From Octopus vulgaris (lineage: Eukaryota), in the NCBI GenBank assembly GCA_951406725.2, contig OX597814.1, forward strand, positions 154,318,001 to 154,382,000: a stretch of 64,000 nt of DNA, written 5' to 3'. Below, in pieces: positions 14,032 through 26,214 of the stretch (position 1 is the stretch's first letter; every line of letters begins with the position of its first letter). The notes under the pieces are model-generated. The model was not told the DNA's origin. It saw only the letters and a program-made list of their open reading frames with translations, and did no database searches. A program made the translations under genes and the position numbers.

Positions 14032-14671
14032 AGCAGCTGTGGTCAGATCAAGACGAATTGGATCTGCCATGTTTAGAAATTTTCAAGACACTCCATATAA
14101 CATGACATTGCCCCTACGATTCCATCAGGAGTGGCGGGCATGGAATATGTTTAGTTCAGTGGGTATTTATGTGTCTATGTAGGAGGCATATTTTTGTGTG
14201 TGTGTGAGCACTTGTGTATGTGTGTGTGTGTATGTGTGTGTGTGTGCATGTACATGTGTAAATGCAGGATGATATATTTTTTGTCAAAGTGCTTATGTAG
14301 GAGGTGGGTATGTCTGTGTGTATGTATAAATGTAGGGAGGTGTGTTTGTGTGCACGTGTTAAGTGTATATGTAGCATGTATGTAAGTGTGTTTAGGAGGG
14401 TTTGTGTCTGAATTGCATATACAGGAGGACGTGTATACATATGTATATGTATGTCTATGTGTAAGTATACATATAGTAAGGCATGTTTGTGTGTGTGTGT
14501 GTGTGTGTGTAAGAGTGGTGTGTATGGTTATATATCAATGGCTTTGGGAAAACACAATGTGAACCCCATTGCAGTGAATTTCTTCTCAGAACACAGTGAG
14601 AAGATAAAATCTTCAGAGATGCTCTAATAATCCAGCAGGCAGGTTATGTATATATATATATATGTGTATAT

Positions 14672-15072
14672 TTCGTTTTTGGATTTGGTTTGCATGATTC
14701 TTTATGTGAGTTCATGTGTTGAAGCATATTTTATTGTGTGTGAGGAAAGTCATTCTCTTTCAGTGCTTTATTATTTAACACACTCACCAGTTTGGTTTCC
14801 ACTCTCATTTACTTATTTATATTTTCTAAAATTTTCATTGCATCTTGCAACCTTTGCGATAGTCATTGACTCTGTCCATTATCTGAGCTGCGTTCTTTCT
14901 TGTTTCAAAAGAACGCAGCTTGGGTAATAAACAGAGTCAATGACTATTGAAAAGGTTGCAAGATGCAATGAAAATTTTAGAAAAAATAAATAAGTAAATG
15001 AGTGGAAACTAAACTGGTGAGTGTGTTAAATAATAAAGCACTGAAAGAGAATGACTCTCTCCAGAAGCAACA
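14672..15072. mobile_element. Fold-back element, ~170-bp imperfect inverted arms centred near 14907; probable Penelope pLTR derivative
   Basis: Arms ~14735-14897 and ~14918-15072 are reverse complements; flanked by (TA)n; carries a hammerhead-like motif. Confidence 0.8.
14944..14980 (+). ncRNA. Minimal type-I hammerhead-like motif, U3-A8 core variant
   Basis: CTA TTGAAAA G GTTGC AAGAT GCAAT GAA AATT T TAG: stem I CTA/TAG, stem II GTTGC/GCAAT, palindromic stem III AATT. Confidence 0.5.
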
Positions 15073-15234
15073 ATATATATATGTATATATTTGATTAATG
15101 CAAGAGACGGAAGACGGAAGATACAAGTATGTTTATTGATCACTACAATAGTTTTGACCCATCTGGCATTGATCCCTCACAGGCGGGATACTGTACAGCT
15201 GATTTAGGAGTATCTGTGAATGTAGATGTGTCTC

Positions 15235-15267
<33 letters not shown>

Positions 15268-18200
15268 CACACACACACACACACACTCACACACACTCAC
15301 ATACACACACACACACACATAAAGTTTAAGCAATGTATCACATCAGACCCTTGTTTGATCCCTGAGTTAAAACTTGTTAAACAAAGTCAACATAAAAATG
15401 TGTGGAAAAACAAGTAACAAAATCATATAATCAATTACAATAATATTTCGAGAGGGTGGGGAGGGAGGTGGAAAGCTGCAGAGCAATGAAAATTGTGAAA
15501 CCATCCATATTTGCTGTTGGTCAAGCAGAACTGTGATCAAAAGCAATTCAGTCTTTTTGGATATTTATAACTAATTACATTGATCAATATGTTCTATTTT
15601 TTTTTTCAAAATATGGGTGTGTTTTTAGGGAGACGTATTTGGTTGCTATATTTGGCAGGTTGAGCATCTGTGTCCCGGCCTACCATACAATTTTAACAAT
15701 TACGGGTCAATTGGGTGGAAGAAGATCAACAAAGCTTTTAAGAAAATAAAAAAAAAAAGGCTGGAAATAATTGGCAGTCATGAATTTATGGAAATAAATA
15801 TCAGAAATGATATCACTTTCAACTTGAAGAAAAAGCAAGATTTGTTCTTTACAAAAATATAAGAAGACTTGTACAAAAAATAGAAATCATGAAACATTTT
15901 ATAATTCTTCTTTGATATAATACAATCTAGTTAAACCCTGATCAAGAGCAGGAGACACCCTTGGCACCAAATCTTCCATTCATAGCAGTTAACATTCAAT
16001 AAAAAAAAATAATTAAATTCAAAGTATTTGCAACTATAACTTATTGGCAATCAAATTTTTGGTTAGTTTTTGTTTTTGATGTCATAAAGCTTCAGTAAAC
16101 ACTGTTTAAGCAGGTTGATCAAGGAAATTAACTGTCTCATATGATACAGAAACTTATCCAAATTTATGTGTCCTAGCCAAGTGATATTGTTTTTATCATT
16201 GGCACACTATTCAAAGATTTAGAATTCAACTCTTTTCTAATTATATATCTAATGAATAGACTGCCAATGAGTTTGAATTAATTTTACAACATAATTAACA
16301 TTTTGGAGGACGTTTAGCAAAATATTTCTCTGTCACTTTTATATATTTGCATATATTATGTTGCATATATTATTTGCATATATTATGTTGATGTTAACCA
16401 AGTGAAATCTCATGTCATCATTCATATTGTCATCAAATTTTAATTGAGATTTCAATCTAATTATGCATACTTTATTATGAGTGATCTAAGGAGAATTAAT
16501 ATTAATAAGGTTTGTCTCAATTTATAGATAGCAAGGAGGTTGTCAAAGAAGATTGGTTACTAAAAAGGTACCTAAAGCTCTTATCATTAATACTGTTACA
16601 ATTATCACACATGTTGATCATTATGGCTGTTGTTAACTTTTGTAGATTTGTAAAAGTTTTATCAATTATGACAGTTGGCTGGGTATCTAATTTCTTTTTC
16701 TCTCTTAATCACATTATTTTACTTAATGTATTATGTATAATTTAATAAAAATATTATTAACAAATTATTAATAGATTAATATTAATTTACAAATAATTTC
16801 ATAAGATATAACATTTCTTTACTCAATATGTATTATTCCAAATTTGTGTGCTGATTTACCAAACCCAAGAATTTATCAAATCGCGGAAAGTTTTCCTGGG
16901 TTAATAAAGGTAAAAGGCTTTTGGTTGGCAACATAATTCTTGTGACTTATTGGTGATCCATTTCAGGGAGCATATTCCAGTTAAGATAACCATTTCAAAG
17001 AAAAGATTTTCCTTTCTGTAGATAATGTCACCTGAATTTGAAGAAAAGAAAAGAAAAAAAACAAGTTATAAAATACTGATTTCTACTACCGACAAAAAGA
17101 GACACATTTTACAAGTGGGTGTAGTTGATTAATTAAATTGACCTTACTTCTTGAGTGGAACTTTAATTTATTGAGCCCAGAAGGATAAAAAAACAAAGTT
17201 GATTTCAAAGAGGATTTGAGCTCCTAATGTAAAGCACTAAAACTAAATATCACATGACATTCTGTCGAACACTTTAACAATGCTGCAAAAAAACATGGGT
17301 CAATTGGGTGGAAGAAGGTCACCAAAACTTTTAAGAAAATATAAAAAAAAAAAGGGCTGGAAATAATTGGTAATCGTGAATTTATGGAAATAAATATCAG
17401 AAATGATATCACTTTCAACTTGAAGAAAAACATTACTGACTAACAAATATGAAATAAAAACAATATAAATACAAAGAATTTAGAAGTATACAGCCTAGTG
17501 ACTATGTTGGGGTACAACAACTTATTGCATTGATCCTATTGTATTGAAGTTATTTCAGTCTGGTATTTACTTAATTGATCTCTATCAAATAAAAAAAAAA
17601 GCACAACTTGATACAACACTAAACAAGCACAGACATTGGCCCAGATCAGCACACACACACACATACTGAGCTTTTGTACAGTTTGTTTCTCAAACCTTAA
17701 TTATATGACAATGGTCAATACTAGGTGCTGTGCAGTGAGATCTAACCCAGAACCATGTGTTGATGAAGCAAATATTTCTTAACATTGAAAAAAAAACCAA
17801 ATAATTTCTTTTCCATGATCCAAGTTCAAATCTCACTGAGGCTCACTTTGCTTTTATTCTGTCATGGGTGTTAAAAAAGTACCATTTCAGAGCAATGCAT
17901 TGCTAGAATCGGGAAAGATACTCTGCAATGTCTGTTCAGGTTCTTTGTGCTTTGATCATAATGTCTGTGATGACACAGTATCAGGCTGTAGCAGTACACA
18001 TTGTAATGTGGCTGGCATTAAGAAGGACATCTAGCTGTAGAAACCATGCAAAGCTGACATTAGAGCTTGACACAGCCCTGAGGTTTGCCACACCCTGTCA
18101 AACCATCCAACCCAAGTCAGCATGACAAATGGCCATGACATAATGATGATGATGATGATGATGATAGTGGTGACAATGATGATGATGGTGGTGATATCAG

Positions 18201-19399
18201 CTGCTCAATTTCTTTGCCTGAAAATTCCAAAGTTTCTGAAATTATTTTTTAGACATTCAGTATTACAGCCAAATGCATCAATAACTATCAATAACTAAAG
18301 GTTGTGCCTGTTTCTACCTTCAGTATTTAGCATCGTTTCCCCTTCCTCCTCATCTCTCTTACACGGCTACTCTTATCAATAACAACAGCAATTGCAATTA
18401 CACTTCAAACTTTTCTTGGTTTTTGCACAAAACTAAATAGTTACTTCAATAATTTTATCCATCAATACTATTGATCTTTAACATGGGTACAAAGCTACAA
18501 ACCTTGTGATGAGGTGTATAATCAATTATATTTACCCCCTGCACTTGATTGGTTACTTATTTTACTGATATTGGAAAAGATGAAAAGTGAAATTGAACCC
18601 AGTGGAATACTATTGATAGAATAATATAATTAAATTAATAAATTAATAAAATAATAATTATTCCTAATTCTTTCTGTTATTAGAAGATTTCTGAAAGAAT
18701 CAAAGTTGATTTTTAACTGAACAATTTAGATTTTTAACAGCGAGATATATAATTAAACCTAAATAAATCAATAACACTCGAGCAGTGAAACAAGAGATGA
18801 CTATGAAAAGTTACAAAAACAAATAAAATTAAAGGAAACATCAAAACTATGTAAAATTCAATATTTAAAGTAAAAAGAGCAGTAGATTGGCAGAATCATT
18901 TGTATGTCAGAGAAAATGACTTGGGCTGCTTATTCTTGTTCTTCACATTCTGATTTCAAATCTTGCTGAAGTCAACTTTTGTTTTTTTTTTCCTTTTTAG
19001 GGTCTTTATCAACCTCTAAAGTATAGAAGTCAATATAACTGACTCAGATTTCTGGTTTGTTAAGAAATTGTAACTGTTCTGAGTTTTAATTCCTAATTGA
19101 AGATACTTTGGGAGGCAAAGAAAGATTTAGAAACCAAATTTGTGAAGTTATGGACATTTTAAAATCTTGTCTTGAAAAAGTAGCAGCAGTAGTCTAGTGG
19201 TGATGGTGATGGCAATGAAGAGGAAAACAATAGTAAGATGTATAGTAAAGGCAACTCAACATTGCTGTTTGATTTGTTAAAAGTAGATGCCAAGCTTCCT
19301 TAAATCACACCCTACTGTCTTATATAAGGATAGGAAGCATTAGATCAATGACATCTATTGAGGTGAATTCAATTTCTGCCGTAGTGTGTCAACAACATT

Positions 19400-19979
19400 T
19401 ATTTGTGGTGTCATATGAAAATGTCACTGTTATTTATGACATAATGCATTCTGCAAGCATGAAGGACACTTGGAAACAAGATGTGGACAGTAATGCCATA
19501 ATGAAACCGAGTGTAGTTATTTCATACAATGAAGGGATGGGCAGGGTTGGTCACTCAGATCTGCTGGCGATGATACACAAGTCAGTGAGAAAATTTGTGA
19601 AATGGTACAATAACATTTTCTTGTATATAGTTGACATGTGTGTCGTGAACTCACATTTGATTTAGCAGACACTTGGCGGTGTGGGGATGGATTGAAATTC
19701 AGGAATCTATTGTTCTGTGAAATGATAGAAGCATCAGACCTGCCAAAGTACAGAATGCATGGACATCCTGATGCCACACTATCTCCTCACCGCATGGTGA
19801 AAGGATGTGGACATTTTCCATTACTGTTTCCCTCCACTGCCAAGAAGACAAATACTTCAAAGAGATGCACAGTATGTAAAGCAAAATGTAAGGAAACTGG
19901 ATACCATTGTTCACAATGTGATATGCCACTGTGTGTAGTATCCTATTTTGAACTCTACCACACTGAAATAAAATTTTGA
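19400..19979 (+). pseudogene. piggyBac (PGBD4-like) transposase C-terminal remnant
   Basis: KPSVVISYNEGMGRVGHSD...RKFVKWY...IVDMCVVNSHL, then a cysteine-rich tail RCTVC...ETGYHCSQCDMPLCVVSYFELYH; internal stop and frameshift. Possible right end GGG|TTAA at 20871-20877. Confidence 0.9.
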
Positions 19980-20988
19980 ATTCATGTGATTGTAAATACA
20001 TGAAGTCGATCTGACTTTTGCTGTCGAGTGATCTTATTCAGGAATAATAGCACATGAGCATACTGTGCAGGGATATAGTTTAGGTAAATTTGAACTCAGA
20101 ATGTAAAAACAGACAAAATACCTATTTCTTTACTACCCACAAGGGGCTAAACACAGAGAGGACAAAGAAGGACAGACAAACGGATTAAGTCGATTACATC
20201 GACCCCAGTGCGTAACTGGTACTTATTTAATCAACCCCGAAAGGATGTGAAAGGTAAAGTTGACCTTGGCAGAATTTGAACTCAGAACATAGTGGCAGAC
20301 GAAATACCGCTAAGCATTTCGCCTGGCATGCTAACGTTTCTACCAGCTCGCCGCCTTCAAATATTATTATTTTCAAATAATTATTAGTGAAATAAGCGGT
20401 ATTAATACCAAAAACAATCTTCATATCCAACTTAATGTGGTTGCTTTGTTAGAACGCTGACTACTGCAGTATTCGCCTTAAGAGATCCTCTCTTATGGAT
20501 GCATGGTGCATAAAAGTACACATTTAATATCGTTGGCAGTTCCGGTGCCTATATCAGTCGATTCTTATCTACCAGCAATATAAGTATAGAAACCCTTATG
20601 CATCATACATCCATATGAGAGGAACTCTAAAAGCAAATAGCTGATGTAAATATATGCTGAACTTTATCTTGCACTGAGTGCTGACCTCAATCGGAGTGAT
20701 TACTGTTGCTGTACACAGGCAACTGAATGAATCACTGCCGTAAACTGGTTAAAGCGGTTGATGTAAATATATGCTGAACCATTGTAGTGCGTTATTGCTG
20801 ATCTCAGCCAAGATTACTGTCAATGCAACCTAGTTGCTTGATAAAAAAAAAACAAAAAAAAAACGTCATGGGGTTAAAGGTACAGGTGTCTTTGGAGTGC
20901 TCAACCACTTGGAAGTTAAATCATGAGCAGGTTGTTCTGTTCATTGGATCAACTGGAACACTTGTTATTGAAGCGGATGGCATGCCAA

Positions 20989-21084
<96 letters not shown>

Positions 21085-21944
21085 GTAGAATTGATCTCCG
21101 TACTTCACATGTACTTTATTTATTGACCCCCCCCACTCCATCCATGTAATATGATTGTAAAGTTGATCAGGCTTTGAAGTCAGAGACTTGTGCAGCATCC
21201 ATTCCAAATGTTGCAAAGTGTTCTATATGATGCCACTAATGGCCCTGCCAATTAGCTGCCTTCTATCCAAAGTGTCTTCTTTTGAAGACGGTAGTGTATA
21301 ATTCGAAGGAGATTTGGTTACTATTTCTAGTAGGCCTGAAAACCACCACATAAAGGCCTCCCTCAGTGACCTGTTGTTAATTGTTTACTACTCACAAAGT
21401 TGTTTTAGCAATGCTAGTTCTCTCAGCAGAGGAAACATCTCCTGAGTTATCTCCAAGACTGATGTCTGCCACATTTGCTGTAGAGATGCAGGAAAGATTA
21501 GATGATAGCATGAAGATGGAGCGATGGATGGGGGCGGGGGTAGGGTGGATGGGTGGGTGGCAAGAAAGGGATTGGTAATGCTGACTGATAGGATATGTGG
21601 GTGTGGTGGTTGTAAAGGGTGGAGAAATGTGGTTGGTCTGTGTATCGCTGGCAGGACGTTCTACTAGGAAATAAAGAGCCTCACTTGTTTACTCACATGC
21701 ATACACACACAAACTGATGCATACATGTATGTATATGTGTATATATATATGCATGTGTGTGTATGTGTGCATCTGCATATAAATAAATATATATTCACAC
21801 ACACAGACACACGCACATATATATACATCTACATTATATATGTGTATTACATACATATATATTATTCGCTCATACACACATATATGCATTTAAATGATGA
21901 TGATATACATATAAGTGCTCATATATATATATATATATATATAC

Positions 21945-21977
<33 letters not shown>

Positions 21978-24494
21978 CAAGTATACATATATATATACAC
22001 ATACATATATGTATATACATGAATGTATACATAGGTATATTATGCATAAACACACCATAGGGCCTACCATGGAAACAGTATAGTTTAGCAAAACATCAAC
22101 AAACACGATGACATATTGTCTATTCATGGTGATGCAAGTGGGCGTCTAGCACGCGGATGAAGAGGAATAGGTGGAGGTGGAGAGTGACTGATGTCTGCAG
22201 CAAATATTTACAAGTAACAAGCAACATGTTATGAATGGTGCAGCTGTAGAAATATCAGGATATTGGTGTAAAAGGCCATGCAATATTTAATCATATTTAA
22301 TATTTTTTTAGTACTGAATTTAAATTCTGCTTGAGTAGACTTTGTTTTTCATCCCAATAAGAGCAAGCAAGTGGCGATAATATTAAATTTTTTTTTTTTA
22401 TTTTTGTTAAATTGTTTGGACTGGTGGGAGTGAAGGCTCATGCACATGTTCTTAAAGGGACCCTCTGAGACTGGTGTGATAAATGTGGTTAAAATTGTTC
22501 ACGAACAGTTTACATAAGAACGGAGCCTTAAATTCTTGGTGGTGGTGGTGGTGATTGATGGGGTGGGCGTGCAGGAATGAAGTTGATTATATTGACCTCA
22601 GTACTTGGTTGATATTTTATTTTATCAATTGTGGAAGGGTGACAAGCAAAGTTGTCTGTCCTGTATACGTTTTAAGTAAACTCACCAAATCTTAATTTGG
22701 GGTATTAGCAAATGAATAGAGAGCCCAAGAAAAAGCCTTTCATTTTCTTATTTCCCCATTTTATATGAAAGTATATTTTGCTTCTCATACATCTGAGGCT
22801 GGGGAAATAAATACTAGTTATATACAACTTTTGATTTAATTTCTATAACTCCTTCACCCCACCTTTGAATCTGAGGTGTTTTGCCTATGAAAAATATCAT
22901 CATCATTGTTTAACATCCATTTTCCATGCTGGATGGTTTGACTGAGGTTGGGAAAGCCAGTGTCTGCACCAGGTTCCGATCTGATCTGGCAATGTTTCTA
23001 CAGCTAGATGCCCTTCCTAATGCCAGTCAGGCAGGTCTGGCATCAATCACATTCGGATGGTGCTTTTTACGTGCCTCCGGCACGGGTGCCAGTCAGGTGG
23101 GCCTGGCATCAAGCACATTCAAATGATGCATTTTACGTGCCATCAGGACAGGAGCCTGTCAGGGGTCACTGACTACAGCTATGATTTTGGTTTTACTTGA
23201 CTGAACAGGTCTTCTCAAGCATATCATATCACCTGATGCATCAAATGGGCCAGACATGCAACACTGGCATTGGCCATGGCTGTGATCTCTCTTTAGTTGC
23301 TGAGTCTTCTCAATCATAGCATATCTCCAAAGGTCTCGGTTTCCTGTCATTGCCTCTGTGAGGTCAATATATCAATTTGTAGAAGTATCACAAATAGAGC
23401 AAAATTGGTTTACTTTTCTAATGATGATGATGATGGTGATTGTAATGATGACAACAAGTGATGCTACTGCTGTTGATGATGGTAGAGATGATGATGACAA
23501 CAATGATGATGATGTTGATTTGTGGATGCAGCCACAGGTCACTTCTGATTGAGGAGATGTATAGCATTTAAACAGGCGTCCAAAAGACTAGGTACAATCT
23601 GTTGACTCATATCTCTGAATATGGCACACTCCTGTCTAGTTGAGCCTTCATGTGATATAATGTCTAGTGTGATCTTTGGATGTTGATTCTTATGGAGGCG
23701 ATGACAAGTGATTGGGACTTCTGGTGAATTATAGTACTTGAGAAGATGCATTTAGCTAAGTGAAATTGTGGTCATGGTTTAGTGCCGGTGAATGGCATCT
23801 ATGCTGGTGACAGGTAAAGAACACCCATGTTGGTGACATGTAAAAGGCACCCTGTACACTCTTTGAGGTGGTTGGCATTAGGAAGGGCATCTAGCTATAG
23901 AAACCAAGCCCAAACAGACTGGAGCCTGGTGCAGCTCTCCAGCTTACCATCTCCAGTCAAACTGTCAAACCCATTCCAGCATGGAAAATGGACATTAAGT
24001 GATGATGGTGATGACGGTATGGTATTATATGGCATACAGACTGGTAAGATGTGGTATGATAGTAAATGTAGAGTAAACCAATGCCAGCTCCTGTACTTGG
24101 TTCGTTTTTTTATGTCACATAAATATTATGAAAGCTTAAGCTTCTTATTTACTCTCTTCTCATGTAAATCTGTGATTGTATGGCATTTTCTATTAAGCAA
24201 CTAATAAGCAATGAATTGGCAGAAATGCTATAGCAGAGGTCATCCTTTCATCCTTTTGAGGGTCAAGAAAATAAAGAACCAGTCCAAGGTTGGTAGATTA
24301 GTAGAATTGGCAGATTGTTGGATGAGATGATATGACCCTTCATCCTTCTATAAGCCACTTCACTACTCACTCAAGTGTCTTTCACATAGCTCTATGAACA
24401 GAAACCTTGAAAGGGATTATGTCCATTTTCTCTGGAAATAATCTGGCATAAAAAAAAGAAAAGACTATAACACTGCCTTTCACCTCCTCTTTAA

Positions 24495-24714
24495 CCATTT
24501 AGCATTCACATTATTCTGTCAAAATTAATGCTTTTTTATTCAAATTGTTTTAAATTAATCATGCATTATTTTGTAGCTATGAGATTTTGATGAGGTAACT
24601 GTTAATTTTTAGATTGATATTGTAAGGTTGGTGTGAGAGGCCAGATCTGGCCAGTTTTATCATAAAACAGGCAGAATACTTTGCCCAGATATGGCTGATA
24701 TGAATGCTAAAGAG
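24495..24714. mobile_element. Second TTAA-flanked MITE family
   Basis: ttaa-ccatttagcattca...tgaatgctaaagag-ttaa. Interrupted copies at ~29443-30300, 37078-38520 and 59419-59915. Confidence 0.75.
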
Positions 24715-24779
24715 TTAAACATAAATAACATGTAACTAGAACCCATACGACTATTTCGACTGCTAAGTCCAAATGCCAC

Positions 24780-25060
24780 TAAAACTGAGGAAATGTTATG
24801 GTGAAAGCATATCCTTAGCATAACTAGGATTGTACCTCAAAGGCTAACCCTTCTCTTCAGACAAGAGAAATACTTCAATCTCCAACCATTACAGACTCTC
24901 TATAAAGCTCAGGTGGTACCCACAATGGAGTATTGCTTCTACATATGATGTGTGGCTGTTACTACAGACACAGATGTCCTAGCTACTTCTGCACATACAG
25001 ACATCCATAGACTGCAACCAGAGAAAGGTCATTTGACTGATTGTTATAAAGTTATTCATA
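24780..25060 (+). mobile_element. Decayed CR1/Jockey-group LINE fragment, resuming at ~28450-28720
   Basis: Translates to LQTLYKAQVVPTMEYC (the LYKA.IRP.MEYC motif). 'atagg' flanks both ends of the intervening 3.4-kb nest. Confidence 0.65.
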
Positions 25061-25290
25061 GGTGCAGGCATAGTTGTGTGGTTAAGAAGTTTACTTTGCA
25101 GCCATAGGGTATTGGGTTCAGTCCCAATGAGGGTACCTTGGGTAAGTGTCTTTTACTAAAGCAACGGGGTGACCAATGCCTTATGAATGCCAATGGAGAT
25201 TGTTGCTCATCTCATTTAATTCTAGTGATTGTTATTTATTACAGAAAGGTAAATAGATATCAAAATTTACAAACTGCTGTAATCCTTAAG

Positions 25291-25795
25291 TTAATTTCTC
25301 ATGACACCAGCAGACAAAATGAAAAAGGCATTGCCCCACAGGATAGTGAGGGAGATGTGCCACTCTGACTTATAGGGCTCACACTTGTGGACAGTAGTTT
25401 CCAACTCAACAGGAATACAGGAATGAGCAAGGATATGGTCTGGGGGCTAAAAATGCTGGAGGTTTCAACTGCCACAGGCTCAACCTGTCAGAGAGTGACC
25501 AATACTTTGACTGTCTTTTTTCTCAGCCTGACAAGTAGTAGAGCCTGGGCAAGTAGTAGAGCCAAGTTGCTGCTGGAAAAGTTGTCACAGCATATGTCAT
25601 TATAGATGCGGGGCCCACCACCATAGAATGGGAAAATTGTCATACCATTCAGCCTTTTATCATCCCCTCAGTCTAGCCCCATTGACTTGAGCTGGGAAGA
25701 GATACCTGCAGTGTCTAGGCCATGTTTTATGATCTTATTAAGGGCAGCATGGCAGGGAAGGTGGCCAGCACTATGACAGCATGACAGTGAGTGGA
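25291..25795 (-). mobile_element. CRE-like non-LTR retrotransposon C-terminus (zinc knuckle plus restriction-like endonuclease), decayed
   Basis: HSLSCCHSAGHLPCHAALNKIIKHGL...GLD*GDDKRLNGMTIFPF...EPVAVETS...HISLTILWGNAFFIL resembles the RH..LND/RPDG/P.AVET.G/IS....RGNA pattern of CRE-clade elements. Confidence 0.8.
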
Positions 25796-26190
25796 GTCTT
25801 TTGATAGTGAACTTTTCTTCCTTAGTAATGTTTGGTTTGGGAAGTTTGTTTTTTTCTAGTACCTGTCTCACTTTCCACCTTAGTTCATCTCCCTGAGCTT
25901 TTGATATATTAATGGCTATCTCTTCAATAGGGGCTATTATGTCCAAGTATGGAATGCGCTTGATGGTTGTCACAAAGTTGAGACCTTTGTTTAGTTACTG
26001 CTTCTTCAGAACTTTCTAGATGTTGGCTAGTAACATTAATTACTGCTTTCACAGGTGGGTGACGGACTTCAGTGTTCATTCTCTGACCTTTGAGTTCCAT
26101 AAACTTCTTAATCTGGTGTCTTCACCATTTCAAATTCTTTCATGTATGACTTTTCTAGATCTTGCTGGATTCTCTTTCTATCATCTCTGG
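25796..26190 (-). mobile_element. Penelope-like element, N-terminal ORF fragment (inverted relative to 26215-27101)
   Basis: LNKGLNFVTTIKRIPYLDIIAPIEE...KPNITKEE is the conserved pre-RT region of Penelope/Poseidon-type elements. Confidence 0.8.
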
Positions 26191-26214
26191 TTATTTTCCT
26201 CAGTAATGGAGATA

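Noticed and set aside
15090-15235. Another hammerhead in a pLTR-like fragment
   Set aside because: Only a GAAA-like 3' half and AATAAA are visible on the minus strand; no CUGANGA or matching stem II arm.
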